The translations under genes were made by a program, and so were the position numbers. A stretch of 64,000 nt of DNA from Candidatus Heimdallarchaeota archaeon. GTDB lineage: Archaea > Asgardarchaeota > Heimdallarchaeia > Heimdallarchaeales > Heimdallarchaeaceae. Each line of letters starts with the position of its first letter. Positions within the stretch are counted from its first letter, which is position 1. Shown piece by piece: positions 1 to 9,976 of this stretch. The notes under the pieces are model-generated. The model saw only the letters and a list, made by a program, of their open reading frames with translations, had not been told where the DNA came from and ran no database searches. The stretch is from positions 1-64,000 of the forward strand of contig JAHLWR010000019.1 of assembly GCA_019057815.1 (NCBI GenBank). Direction: 5' to 3'.

Positions 1-2
1 AA

Positions 3-230
3 ACATCAATTAGTCCATCAGAGACTTCAATAGAGACAAAAACATCAATTAGTCCCGATATAGAAGCGATACTGCCTGCAAAGAAGGGAATTGAAACAGA
101 AGTTAAAACTATTATTTCAGATACAAAAATATCGGTGGAAGATATACCTATGCCTAAAATGATACCTAGAGAAGAAAAAAGCAGTATTCACAAATCAGTA
201 AAAGATAGCAAAAAAGAAGAAAAAAAATAG
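3..230 (+). CDS. 3' end of a CDS running in from the left edge; low-complexity S/T/E/K-rich tail
   Basis: Open frame 3..230 ending in TAG (TSISPSETSIETKTSISPD...KKEEKK*), with a short internal repeat. Confidence 0.6.
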   Translation, partial: TSISPSETSIETKTSISPDIEAILPAKKGIETEVKTIISDTKISVEDIPMPKMIPREEKSSIHKSVKDSKKEEKK

Positions 231-282
231 GAAACTATGTTGGAAAGAATTAAAAGTGTTTTAATTAGTAGTCAGACAGATA

Positions 283-1080
283 ATGATGAAAAGTGAATAT
301 CCTATAAAATATAGAGAAAGCGCATATTTCTCTTTCTTCTGGTCTAAAGTTGCTTGTGTAGGTTTTCTACTTTACTATGTCAATGAAATGATAATTAGAA
401 TTATCTTTTTCTCTCCTAGTATGGAATTCCCAGATTATATTAAGACATGGGAAACGATTAATACTATAGGGTTAGCTTTTGTTTTTCTTGTTTTTTCTTT
501 CCAAGCTGTTTCATGGAGAGAAAATTTCCAAGCTATGGAAAATAAAACAAAATCTAGAAATGCTTTCTTCGCTCTTATATTATCTGGTCTCTTTGTAGCA
601 ATTTATCAGATTTTAGTTCTTAATATGCCATTACAACAGAAGGATCAAAGTGATTACACAATACCTTTCTTGATTATGATAATGACTCATTTCTGGGGAA
701 TTAGATTAATAAAGCACATTATGACCGTTATTGGGAGAATCAAAAAAGTTACAACAGGAAAATCTATTTTTTATACTATCTTTGCACTGAACCCTGCAAT
801 AAGATATTTGGCACAGTTTTTATTATTCGTTTTTACTTCATTAGCATCAATAAACCCATATCTATTCATTTTCTATAGTGAACTGATAATGACCTACATT
901 GCTTCTGTAATAACTATTATTTTTATGATATTTTTCTTAAAAGACATAAAAAAGATAAAAATAGGTCAGCAACTAGAGTGTTTAGAATTAGAACTTAGTC
1001 AAATAACAAAAGAAGAACAAGAAAATAAGATGAAGAAGCAAGAAGCTAAATTACAAGAGATGGAAGAGAATCCAAAATGA
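283..1080 (+). CDS. Multi-pass membrane protein with C-terminal coiled coil, unknown function
   Basis: About 6 hydrophobic segments and an E/K/Q-rich helical tail. Confidence 0.7.
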   Translation: MMKSEYPIKYRESAYFSFFWSKVACVGFLLYYVNEMIIRIIFFSPSMEFPDYIKTWETINTIGLAFVFLVFSFQAVSWRENFQAMENKTKSRNAFFALILSGLFVAIYQILVLNMPLQQKDQSDYTIPFLIMIMTHFWGIRLIKHIMTVIGRIKKVTTGKSIFYTIFALNPAIRYLAQFLLFVFTSLASINPYLFIFYSELIMTYIASVITIIFMIFFLKDIKKIKIGQQLECLELELSQITKEEQENKMKKQEAKLQEMEENPK

Positions 1081-1082
1081 TT

Positions 1083-1775
1083 TTATCTCAAATTTTCTTC
1101 GTTTTTCTTCATTTTTATCATTGCAGTTACTAATGATGCCTTTTGTTGATCTTTTCTTAAGCTTTTAACTAAGAAGTAAATAACTAATAAGGAAACTCCA
1201 ACTCCAATAATGATGAAAAATACTTGCAGTAGATCTCCTTGTTCTGTAAATATATCGCTTGTATATGATTCAGAAATGTGAGATATTCCGTAACCTATTC
1301 TCTGTTCAAGAGTACTCTGTCCTACATATCCTGAAAAACTAGCAACTATACTTCCAGAGTCATCTAGAATTACAGTTGTTGGAACATATTCAACGTTGAA
1401 GAGTCGTTCTGAACTATCAGTTGAGTAACCTATTACCCAATTTTCACTCAAAGAATTTTCTTCTCGAAATTCAATTAGTGTCCCATTAGAACTCTCATTG
1501 TCGACACATAAAGTTATTACAGTAAAGACGTATGAAGATTCAGCTTCAATTTCCTTAAGTGTAATAATCTGACTATGGCAACCAGAACAAGATACTTTAA
1601 AGAAAAGTACTATTCTCAGCCCTTCATAGTTACTCACATCATCTTCATCCATGTTAATATTCCAAAAAGAAATGTTTGTGTCAGCTTTAACAATAGTATG
1701 AGAAAATGTAGTTATACAAAGAGCAAATAAGAGAATAAAAGAAATGTTTGTTCTTTGCTTGTTGTTGATAATCAT
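1083..1775 (-). CDS. Membrane-anchored TlpA/thioredoxin-like disulfide oxidoreductase
   Basis: Signal peptide, CxxC (CSGC), cis-Pro loop YVPTTVILD, C-terminal TM plus basic tail. Confidence 0.8.
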   Translation of the reverse strand: MIINNKQRTNISFILLFALCITTFSHTIVKADTNISFWNINMDEDDVSNYEGLRIVLFFKVSCSGCHSQIITLKEIEAESSYVFTVITLCVDNESSNGTLIEFREENSLSENWVIGYSTDSSERLFNVEYVPTTVILDDSGSIVASFSGYVGQSTLEQRIGYGISHISESYTSDIFTEQGDLLQVFFIIIGVGVSLLVIYFLVKSLRKDQQKASLVTAMIKMKKNEENLR

Positions 1776-2890
1776 TTGAATTCTACTAACTCTTCTTTTT
1801 CTACTTTTGCGATAGCAGAGAAATTCTTAACTATTTTTCTATCGTCAATAAATATATTGTTACAAATCACAGATTCAATGATTTGAGATTCTTTTCCAAG
1901 TTCAGAATTATCCCAGATAACACTTTGATCGATAACACATTTCTCACGAATTGTCACATTGTGTCCAATAACAGAAAATGGTCCTATCAAAACATCTTCT
2001 TCAACTACAACGTTATTCCCAATTATCACAGGTTGTTTGAGTATAGCCTTGTCTGATATTTGAGTGTTCTTCCCTAACCAAATACCGTTATTATTAATCC
2101 CCGGAGGAGCAAAACCTTCAACGAAACCTCTAAGAATGTCGTAATTTGCCCATAAATAACTCTTGATGTTGCCACAATCAAGCCAATAGTATTCAGCAAC
2201 ATATCCATTTAGTTTAAACCTTTCTTGAAGCAAATATGGAAAAACATCTTTTCCAAAATCAATAATGTCACTGAATTTATCTAGTATTTCTAGAACTTTG
2301 TGCTGAAAGACATAAATTCCTGTGTTAACTAGATTCTGGTGAAATTCCGTAGCTGGTCGGTATGCGAATGCTAAAGTGGTGAAAAGTAAATCTTGGGGTA
2401 AAGGCTTTTCAAGAAAAACATCGATATTTTGATTCTCATCAAGCATAATTACTCCAAATTTCTTTGTGGGAAAATCGATATTTTTTAGGCTTATTGTAGC
2501 ATATGCGCTTGTTTTTTTGAAGAAATTGATCATTTTCGTAAGAGACAAATTTGATACTATATCAGCCATTGTAACAACAAAATCTCCATCTATATAATTG
2601 GATACTAAACGAACTGCATCAGCTGTTCCGATGGGATTAATGTCTGGGATAATAAACTCAATATCTGTGTATTTAGGGCTTGTTTCTAAATAATCTCTGA
2701 TTTGGTCCCCTAGATATTTCACAGCTACAATTATCTTTTTTATTCCTGCGTCAAGTACCTGTTGAATAGCGAAATCTATCATAGGAGTTAAAGCTACAGA
2801 AATAAGTGGTTTGGGCGTGTTTGACGTTAGAGGAAAGAGTCTAGTTCCTTTTCCTCCAGCTAATATAACAGCACAGTTTACTGAACTCAT
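1772..2890 (-). CDS. NDP-sugar pyrophosphorylase (mannose-1-phosphate guanylyltransferase family)
   Basis: ILAGGKGTRLFPLT..PKPL motif, FLEKP, C-terminal hexapeptide left-handed beta-helix. Confidence 0.9.
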   Translation of the reverse strand: MSSVNCAVILAGGKGTRLFPLTSNTPKPLISVALTPMIDFAIQQVLDAGIKKIIVAVKYLGDQIRDYLETSPKYTDIEFIIPDINPIGTADAVRLVSNYIDGDFVVTMADIVSNLSLTKMINFFKKTSAYATISLKNIDFPTKKFGVIMLDENQNIDVFLEKPLPQDLLFTTLAFAYRPATEFHQNLVNTGIYVFQHKVLEILDKFSDIIDFGKDVFPYLLQERFKLNGYVAEYYWLDCGNIKSYLWANYDILRGFVEGFAPPGINNNGIWLGKNTQISDKAILKQPVIIGNNVVVEEDVLIGPFSVIGHNVTIREKCVIDQSVIWDNSELGKESQIIESVICNNIFIDDRKIVKNFSAIAKVEKEELVEFK

Positions 2891-2942
2891 TAAATAACTA
2901 AATAAACTATGTTTTAATAAATCTCACTACAAACGTTGATTT

Positions 2943-3416
2943 TTATTCATCAGTTTTTTTATCTTCATTTGGGATTAATTTTTCTTTAAGCCAACCTACT
3001 GAAAGATTTTTCATGTCTTGACAATCAAAAAACGGCACGAAAGGTTTGATATCTATTAATGGAGTGTTGTTTAATACATCTATACCCTTTACTAGAATTT
3101 TATTATTTTCGATTTTCACTAGTTGAACTATAGATAAACCTATTTTGTTTGGTCTATTTTGATGACGAGTTGCAAATATCCCTTTTGGACTTTCGTCTAG
3201 ATATGGTTTAACCCTTAATTGAGTATCATCAGACTGGTCAAAATAATATATTAGTATGACGTGAGAAAAGCCCTCTAAATCCTGTAATCCATCTGCATAA
3301 TCATCAAATATTTCTACAGTTCCAAACTTATCAGAATAACAAGGTTGAATCGGTGTGTTCTTATGATTATTAAAAGGACTCTCGATACTACCAATTGGTT
3401 TAATAGTAAATTCCAT
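2943..3416 (-). CDS. tsaA: TsaA/TrmO (YaeB) family tRNA t6A37 N6-methyltransferase-like SAM-binding protein
   Basis: IKPIG, GLQDLEGFSH, GIFATRHQNRPNKIGLS, TPLIDIKP; start moved to ATG 3416 (MEFTIKPIG). Confidence 0.88.
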   Translation of the reverse strand: MEFTIKPIGSIESPFNNHKNTPIQPCYSDKFGTVEIFDDYADGLQDLEGFSHVILIYYFDQSDDTQLRVKPYLDESPKGIFATRHQNRPNKIGLSIVQLVKIENNKILVKGIDVLNNTPLIDIKPFVPFFDCQDMKNLSVGWLKEKLIPNEDKKTDE

Positions 3417-3587
3417 GGTCAACAATCTTGTTTCAGCATTAATAAATATCTGGTCTATAAACACTTCAAAATAATTCAAAACTTCCTTCCGACAAAATAA
3501 CTTTGTAGGCTGTAAAAACATTTCCTACAACACAATTATTAAATACTGCGTGGGGATACATTATTGAGAAGAAAAGGGGTTAAACAT

Positions 3588-4154
3588 ATGAGTCAACGCA
3601 TTTTCAAAATTTCATTGCTTGGCGAAGGAGCAGTAGGAAAAACTAGTCTACGAAGAACCTACATGGGTGAATCATTCACTTCAGGATATATGATGACGGT
3701 AGGTGCCGATTTCGCTGTTTCCAAGCTCTCTGTCGATGAAATTGAATTTACTTTACAAATTTGGGATCTTGCAGGTCAACAACGTTTCTCAGCTGTCAGA
3801 GAAGTTTATTACAGAGGTACATCAGGAGCGCTTTTAGTTTTTGACATTTCACGTCCTGAGACTTACGAAGCTATTCCTAACTGGCTTGCTGAATTAATTC
3901 GCAACAACAAGAATCGTATTGTTCCACTAGTTTTAATTGGTAACAAAGCTGATTTAAGGGAATCTACACCTTATTCCGTTCCTGCTAGTTATGCTCAAGA
4001 TTATGCACAAACACTTTCTACATGGAGTGGGTTCAATGTTCCATATTTAGAAACATCTGCGCTAACTGGATTGAATGTTGAAGAAGCCTTTAAAGTACTA
4101 ACTTCACAAATAATTCAATACTATGAACAACAAAAAATGAAAGCTTCATATTAA
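3588..4154 (+). CDS. Rab-like small GTPase (Ras superfamily)
   Basis: G1 GEGAVGKT, G2 TVGADF, G3 WDLAGQ, G4 GNKAD, G5 ETSAL; no C-terminal prenylation Cys; probable start ATG 3588. Confidence 0.92.
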   Translation: MSQRIFKISLLGEGAVGKTSLRRTYMGESFTSGYMMTVGADFAVSKLSVDEIEFTLQIWDLAGQQRFSAVREVYYRGTSGALLVFDISRPETYEAIPNWLAELIRNNKNRIVPLVLIGNKADLRESTPYSVPASYAQDYAQTLSTWSGFNVPYLETSALTGLNVEEAFKVLTSQIIQYYEQQKMKASY

Positions 4155-4225
4155 CTCCTTTCTTTCTCATTTTCTTCTACCGATAATTTTATGATATTAT
4201 CTTTACTTGCATCTTTCGAAGTTAA

Positions 4226-4720
4226 ATGATTGATTCTATCATATTTCTAGAGTATATGAAAAGTAAGAATTTTTCTTTAGCAATTGGTGTTCCTTGTTCA
4301 TATTTTAGCAACTTACTTATCGAGCTAGAGAGGAGTAGTGAAATACAGTATGTTCCTGCAACAAGAGAAGATGAGGCTATAGGGATAGCTTCAGGTTATT
4401 ATTTTGGGGGAGAAAAAAGTTTTGTTATCATGCAAAATTCAGGATTAGGAACTATTGGCGATGCACTAACATCCCTTGCTCAACTTTACAATATTCCGAT
4501 GTTAATTTTTGTTAGTTATAGAGGATTAACAGAAGATGAAGATTTCCCTGAACATTCTATTATGGGGGAAATTACTGAAAATCTGCTTAAAAGCTTGAAT
4601 GTTTCTTTCAGCATTCTTGAAGAAGAAGGTTGGCAAGATACTTTAGCTCATTCCATTGATCAATCCCTAAAAGAGAGTCAACCTGTCTGTTTATTGATTA
4701 AAAAAGGAGTCTTTGGTTAA
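4226..4720 (+). CDS. comD: Sulfopyruvate (or phosphonopyruvate) decarboxylase alpha subunit
   Basis: GVPCS, TREDEAIGIASG, MQNSGLG, SYRG...PEH motifs of the TPP Pyr domain. Confidence 0.8.
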   Translation: MIDSIIFLEYMKSKNFSLAIGVPCSYFSNLLIELERSSEIQYVPATREDEAIGIASGYYFGGEKSFVIMQNSGLGTIGDALTSLAQLYNIPMLIFVSYRGLTEDEDFPEHSIMGEITENLLKSLNVSFSILEEEGWQDTLAHSIDQSLKESQPVCLLIKKGVFG

Positions 4721-5303
4721 GATGAAAGGAGCTGAAGTAATTTCTCTATTTAGTGAAATCTTACAAGGCAATGAAATGATCGTAGCATCTAATGGTAATG
4801 TTAGCCGTCAAGTTTACCATCTTCTAAACAAACCCCAAATTTATCTTAGAGGTAGCATGGGATTACCTCTATCTGTAGGATTGGGTTTATCTCTATCTCA
4901 ACCAGAGAAGAAGGTTATTGTTATAACAGGTGACGGTAATTTTCTCATGGGGTTGGGTTCATTAACTACTATAGCCCATTTTCCCCCTGAAAATCTGCGT
5001 ATAATCATTCTTGATAATGAGATTTATGCTACTACAGGAGGACAACCAACTGTTTCTTCAACACTCAATTACAAGTTGTTAATAAAAGGTTCAGGAGTCG
5101 AAAATGTATATTCTCTCTCATCCATAAATAATGAAAAAGAAGTTAATAAATCACTAATTAAGCTTCTTAAACAAGGAGGATTACAAATTCTACACATTAA
5201 AGTTGAAAGAGATGACATTGAACTAGTCAATATAGACTGGCATCCTACAGAAATCACTAAAAAATTCCATTTTGGTCATAAAATACATTTTAAAAGCAGT
5301 TAA
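4713..5303 (+). CDS. comE: Sulfopyruvate (or phosphonopyruvate) decarboxylase beta subunit
   Basis: GSMG, TPP motif GDGNFLM...DN, YATTGGQ; overlaps the alpha gene. Confidence 0.8.
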   Translation: MVKMKGAEVISLFSEILQGNEMIVASNGNVSRQVYHLLNKPQIYLRGSMGLPLSVGLGLSLSQPEKKVIVITGDGNFLMGLGSLTTIAHFPPENLRIIILDNEIYATTGGQPTVSSTLNYKLLIKGSGVENVYSLSSINNEKEVNKSLIKLLKQGGLQILHIKVERDDIELVNIDWHPTEITKKFHFGHKIHFKSS

Positions 5304-5319
5304 CTATGTGTGAACATAT

Positions 5320-5604
5320 ATGAAGATTATAATTCAAACCTTTGGACAAATACGATCAATAACTAAAGAACAGTTTATCGAGCTTGAACTTGATGAAAAA
5401 TCCACTGTTGCTCAAGCGATTAGACATTTTACAGAAAAATTTGGTCCTGATGTTCAGAAGTTACTTTTTCACGAAGGAAAATTCAGAGATTTTTATACTG
5501 TAATGATAAACAAAAATAGCATAACGAGAGAAAAAATTAACACCTACAAACTCTCAGAAGGGAATGAAATCTCGTTAATACCCTTTGTTGCTGGAGGAAT
5601 GTAA
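5320..5604 (+). CDS. MoaD/ThiS/SAMP ubiquitin-like sulfur carrier with a one-residue extension after GG
   Basis: Beta-grasp pattern, LSEGNEISLIPFVAGG-M*. Confidence 0.85.
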   Translation: MKIIIQTFGQIRSITKEQFIELELDEKSTVAQAIRHFTEKFGPDVQKLLFHEGKFRDFYTVMINKNSITREKINTYKLSEGNEISLIPFVAGGM

Positions 5605-5619
5605 TCTACCAATCTGCTC

Positions 5620-6342
5620 TTATTCATTGTAATAGGAGAAGAAAAGGTGTAAAATCCCTTCTAATTCATCTTCTGTGCAATAGGCTACAATATGATCTTT
5701 TTCATCCTTAAATCCGAAAACAGCGAGTTTTTCTTTGCTTTCTTTGGGTAAGGTTATTCTATATCGCATACCTTCTTTCTTTATAACAATAATTCCAATT
5801 TTGGTTCTAATTATCGCTTTTTTTGCAAAAGTGCTAATTTCCAGATTTCCGAAAGTTCCCCATTTTTCTAACAAGTTTCTTCTCTTCATGAAATAATTTT
5901 GACTGATGTATCTACCTCCAGAAACACCTATTAATCCTATAGATGCAAGAGGAAGTATTATGATAGATGCTTCAGAGAAAACAATTCCAAATATATCTCC
6001 CTTTCCAAGATATGCATTTTCCACTAAAGTAGAATCTGATACTGTTCCGTCAGTGGATTGTGTTTCAGCTGTAGTGTATGAATCCGTAACAGTAGTATTT
6101 GTAGTGGTTGTAGTAGTTGTAGTGGTTGTAGTAGTTGTAGTAGTTGTAGTAGTTGTAGTAGTTGTAGTAGTTGTAGTAGTTATTCCATTTGGAGTATCAC
6201 CAGGAAGAGCAAGGAAAGTAATTGAAATAAAAATCAAAGCTGTAAACATAACTACTATCATGTAGAATAGAGTTCTTTTCCAGTTAAATCCCTTCTTTTC
6301 CATTTGAATTAAAGGAGATATTGATTTTGGTTTGCTTTTCAT
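5620..6342 (-). CDS. Two-TM membrane protein with a poly-Thr loop
   Basis: TM segment, ~27-Thr run, second TM, basic C-terminal domain; 4-bp overlap with the upstream wHTH gene. Confidence 0.75.
   Translation of the reverse strand: MKSKPKSISPLIQMEKKGFNWKRTLFYMIVVMFTALIFISITFLALPGDTPNGITTTTTTTTTTTTTTTTTTTTTTTTTTTNTTVTDSYTTAETQSTDGTVSDSTLVENAYLGKGDIFGIVFSEASIIILPLASIGLIGVSGGRYISQNYFMKRRNLLEKWGTFGNLEISTFAKKAIIRTKIGIIVIKKEGMRYRITLPKESKEKLAVFGFKDEKDHIVAYCTEDELEGILHLFFSYYNE
6101..6181. repeat. Coding 9-bp tandem repeat (GTAGTRGTT, about 9 copies) encoding poly-Thr
   Basis: Visible directly in the sequence. Confidence 0.9.
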
Positions 6343-6692
6343 GTTTTATTCTCCAATATCTTTTGAATAACCTCTAAATATTCTTCACCGTGTTCTTTAG
6401 TTAATTTTATCAGTCTGCTGAGTAAAGGATTGTCATGGTTGAGTCTTATACTGGCAACTTTAGGGGTTAGTTTGTCCAAGTAAATCAGCTCTCTTTCTTG
6501 CAAATCGTCTAATATTCCCCTGTAAATTGTCCTAGCCTTCATTGAATATCCTAGTAATGATGAGAGTTGAGTAGCAGTTATAGCTTTAGGATATAGATGA
6601 CTTAAGATTAGCAAAACTCGGATCTTATTTGATCCCAGCGTGCTTAACAGTAACAGTAAGTCATAATCCTTTTTTTCATCCTCTGTTTCCAT
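6339..6692 (-). CDS. Winged-HTH (ArsR/MarR-like) regulator
   Basis: KIRVLLIL..ITATQLSSLLG..TIYR..LDDLQERELI pattern. Confidence 0.7.
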   Translation of the reverse strand: METEDEKKDYDLLLLLSTLGSNKIRVLLILSHLYPKAITATQLSSLLGYSMKARTIYRGILDDLQERELIYLDKLTPKVASIRLNHDNPLLSRLIKLTKEHGEEYLEVIQKILENKT

Positions 6693-6859
6693 TACAGAAT
6701 ATTAATTCTTATTCTATATAAAATTATACGAACCTATGATATAGTCATTATTGTGTTGTCACCTACACATCCAATAACTTGCAAAACTCTTAATCACATG
6801 CTTTTTATCGGTTGTTACTTTGGTTAGATTTATAATAAAGTACACTAAAAATAGAATTA

Positions 6860-7996
6860 ATGGTAAGCTCACAAGCTGAACTTTACATCAAAATTGTCCA
6901 ATTATCTATTATTTTTATTATTACATCATATTTTGTTTTTAGAAGAGTTAAAGATAAAATTATCGGATTTAACTGGTTCATTTTCATTTTTGGAATGGCG
7001 ATAGTTCAATGTATCATAGAACTTGCACTTTATTTTCCAATGAAAAACAACCCAGAAGCCTTTGAAAATATAAGCTCAATACAAGAGATTCACATTATTC
7101 CATATGCTGCTGGATTGTTTGGGCTTTTTCTATATTGTGAGTTAATACGCAATTCTAAGCCTAATACTCTATTCTTCGGAATAACTACAGCTTTATTGGG
7201 AGGGTATATAGCCATCTATTTCATAGAACTTGGTTTCAATTTACAAAGTGCTTACCCTCCAGAATATAGAGTCAGTAGATTTTTCTTTAGCATTTTCCAA
7301 GCACTAGTACTTGCAGAAGCTCTTTACACATTCATACAAGATGCTATAAAAGTCGAACACAAGAAATTAAGAAATTTAAGCATTTTCATCTCTGTGGCTT
7401 TTTCAATAGCTTTTCTTTCAGCACTCTACAAAATTGTTGAACAATCTACATATTTGATAACAAAAACAGATCCAGCATTCCAAATTTATGGAGCGATACC
7501 ATTTTCTCTAACTTTCGGAATTATGGCAATAGTATTTATTTTCAACCCATTTTACGTTTATTTATTACCAACAGTCCTCAATAAAGTAATTGTTATCAAT
7601 GATGCTGGAATCCTGTTTTACTCTGTTAATATAGGTAAAGATATTCCTGATGATGAGTGTGAAGATGAACTGTTCTCTGGAATAGTAGCAGCCCTTAAAT
7701 CATTCCTTGAAGATACAACAGGGTCTACATCCGATCTCCGCAAAATAAGTTTCAGAGACAAGAAAATGATTATAGCTCAAAACAAGGAAAAAAGGGTTTC
7801 AACTATAATTCTTGGGGACAGTGATAGTTTCATACTTAATACAGCTGCACAACATTTTACAAATGCTTTCTGTGAAAAATTTGAGAAACATATAGAAAAA
7901 TTTGATGGGACTGTAGATATCTTTGAAGAGGCAACTAGCATTGTCAAACGAATCTTCCCTTTTGTTCCACCAGAAGAGATTATTGAGGCTAAGTAG
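6860..7996 (+). CDS. 7-TM membrane protein fused to a C-terminal longin-like domain
   Basis: Seven hydrophobic helices, then VIVINDAGILFY..DELFSGIVAALKSF..LRKISF..FCEKF..FDG, the pattern of Asgard longin domains. Confidence 0.7.
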   Translation: MVSSQAELYIKIVQLSIIFIITSYFVFRRVKDKIIGFNWFIFIFGMAIVQCIIELALYFPMKNNPEAFENISSIQEIHIIPYAAGLFGLFLYCELIRNSKPNTLFFGITTALLGGYIAIYFIELGFNLQSAYPPEYRVSRFFFSIFQALVLAEALYTFIQDAIKVEHKKLRNLSIFISVAFSIAFLSALYKIVEQSTYLITKTDPAFQIYGAIPFSLTFGIMAIVFIFNPFYVYLLPTVLNKVIVINDAGILFYSVNIGKDIPDDECEDELFSGIVAALKSFLEDTTGSTSDLRKISFRDKKMIIAQNKEKRVSTIILGDSDSFILNTAAQHFTNAFCEKFEKHIEKFDGTVDIFEEATSIVKRIFPFVPPEEIIEAK

Positions 7997-8016
7997 TCAC
8001 TAATTTTAGTTTTGTT

Positions 8017-9174
8017 TCATTTATTACCGTTCGTATTTTTTAATTTGCATTTTTTGATTTCTTTCTCAAAAGAGAAATGATACTGAAATAGAGCTAATTC
8101 ATCTTTCATTTCAACTAATTCATCTTGAATGCTTTTATTTAAAGGGACTCCTTGCTCTCGAATTCTTTGTTCAGCTTCATACTCCTTCTCACCAGCAGTA
8201 TAGATTCTCTCCTCATCTGGAGCTTTTTCCGAATTTCGTAAAGCTCTACATATATTCCCTGAAATATTTTTAAAAGAATCTAAATCTATGAAATGTTCGA
8301 TATCAATGGCAATAAAGAAATGTCCAAGATAGAAGTGCGTTTTTTCTTCTTTTTCATCTAATCCAGTGAGATCTTTTAGGAATTTGCCATTTTGCAAAGC
8401 AGCAGAGAGTATTTCCACGACTGTAGAATAACCATATCCCTTATGACCAGAGAGTTTTTCACCAATTCCTCCCAAAGGCAGAAGAGCAGCTTGTTTTAGA
8501 ACTAAATCTAGAAGCACACCTTTAGAATCTGTTCTAGATTCACCGGTCAATTTGTCTATTATAACTCCTTCAGGAAGAGGTTTATCTTCTCTAGAATAAA
8601 CTTCTATTTTTCCTCGTTGAATAATAGATGTGGAGCAATCTAGAACAAAAGGGAAATCTTCATCTGTAGGAAAACCAAAAGTTAAAGGATTTGTTCCCAA
8701 CATCCCCTCAACACCGAAAGTTGGAGCAACACTTGGTCTAGCATTTGTTCCAGTTATTCCAATACAACCTTTTTCTATAGCCATCAAAGGATAATAACCT
8801 GCTATTCCATAATGAGTACTATTTCGTACTGTAACCATACCTAAACCATATTTTTTAGCTTTTTCAATAGCCATTTCCATACTTTTAAAGGAAATAAAAT
8901 GACCATTACCATGATTGCCATCAATAACTGCTATTGCATCCTGATCTTTTACAATCTCAAAAATAGTCTTGATTTTGTGTTGACCATTTCTCATCCTATC
9001 AAAATACATCTTAAGTCTTTGAACTCCATGAGAAGTAATTCCTCTTAAATCAGAAGCAATGAGAATATCAGCGCTAACACCAGCTTCTTCCTCAGGAGCT
9101 CCAAGACCAATATAAACATCTTTCATAAAAGAATGAAGCATATCAACAGGAATATAAGAAACATTATCCGACAT
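8017..9174 (-). CDS. Ldh2/ComC-family (malate/L-lactate/L-sulfolactate) dehydrogenase
   Basis: SDLRGITSHG, NSTHYGIAGYY, GTNPL, LDCSTS, GHKGYG motifs. Confidence 0.88.
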   Translation of the reverse strand: MSDNVSYIPVDMLHSFMKDVYIGLGAPEEEAGVSADILIASDLRGITSHGVQRLKMYFDRMRNGQHKIKTIFEIVKDQDAIAVIDGNHGNGHFISFKSMEMAIEKAKKYGLGMVTVRNSTHYGIAGYYPLMAIEKGCIGITGTNARPSVAPTFGVEGMLGTNPLTFGFPTDEDFPFVLDCSTSIIQRGKIEVYSREDKPLPEGVIIDKLTGESRTDSKGVLLDLVLKQAALLPLGGIGEKLSGHKGYGYSTVVEILSAALQNGKFLKDLTGLDEKEEKTHFYLGHFFIAIDIEHFIDLDSFKNISGNICRALRNSEKAPDEERIYTAGEKEYEAEQRIREQGVPLNKSIQDELVEMKDELALFQYHFSFEKEIKKCKLKNTNGNK

Positions 9175-9319
9175 AATTAGAAATATAAAAGTATGAAATA
9201 ATTAAAATATTTGGTTTGTGATGTTAATAAAAACTAGTGTTTGTTTATATCTTAGTAGAACTAGACGATAGAAAATAACTATTTGCATGAAAATCAGTAT
9301 ATTGCTGAAGTTTACTGTG

Positions 9320-9505
9320 CTATTTATAATGCTCTATCATAGATTTCATAAGCATTTTAACTGCATATTGAGCCTCTTCAGAAAGATCAGAAAGAGTTTT
9401 ACCACATTTAGGACAAGGCTCGAAACCATCAGGATCTGATTTTTTGAATTTTTCTCCACATGCAAAACAATAGACTGTTTCTGGCAATCCACTCATTTTA
9501 ACCAA
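9320..9505 (-). CDS. Small zinc-ribbon protein
   Basis: CFAC...CPKC. Confidence 0.7.
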   Translation of the reverse strand: MVKMSGLPETVYCFACGEKFKKSDPDGFEPCPKCGKTLSDLSEEAQYAVKMLMKSMIEHYK

Positions 9506-9699
9506 TGTACCATTTGCTATTAGATTAAATAAATCTTATGTAAAAAAAGAAAATTAGGAGTTATCTATAAACAAAGAAATTGCTAATATATGAAAAGCCA
9601 GAAAACCTAGACAAATTACTGTCGAAAACTAAAGAAGAGATTAATTGTTGACTTTATATCTTCTTTTATCTATAGTCTTGATTTTTGTACATTTTTGTT

Positions 9700-9959
9700 G
9701 CACAGCAATCTTGCGCTTCAAGAACCCCTTCGAGGGGGAAGCAATCATCGCACCGTTGAAGATGGACTATAGCACCTTAGCCACAGAAACTGGAGAAGAC
9801 AAACCTTTTCCGCTCATGTGGAACATGTGACCTTGTAAAGGTCATCTAACCTTCCTTCTAGGGAGACGAACCCAGGGGGAAGGACCCTATCATACGTCTT
9901 GTTCTTTAGAGATTATCCTGACACACCGTGCCAGCAGTGATGGTTCCACACCACTGTAC
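9700..9959 (-). ncRNA. Unassigned structured RNA of about 260 nt with a probable pseudoknot
   Basis: GC-enriched intergenic island; terminal helix GUACAG/CUGUGC; several hairpins whose G-U pairs work only on the - strand; 8-bp loop pairing UGUGGAAC/GUUCCACA; TATA box 25 nt upstream. Confidence 0.65.
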
Positions 9960-9976
9960 TATTATTCTGATAATCT

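Noticed and set aside
5906-6265. Poly-Val ORF
   Set aside because: Antisense shadow of the poly-Thr repeat
9645-9830. 61-aa ORF on the + strand
   Set aside because: TTG start, no motif, and it overlaps the structured RNA candidate on the opposite strand
9700-9959. SRP RNA, RNase P RNA or cobalamin riboswitch identity
   Set aside because: The conserved signature sequences were not found by eye on either strand; left unassigned
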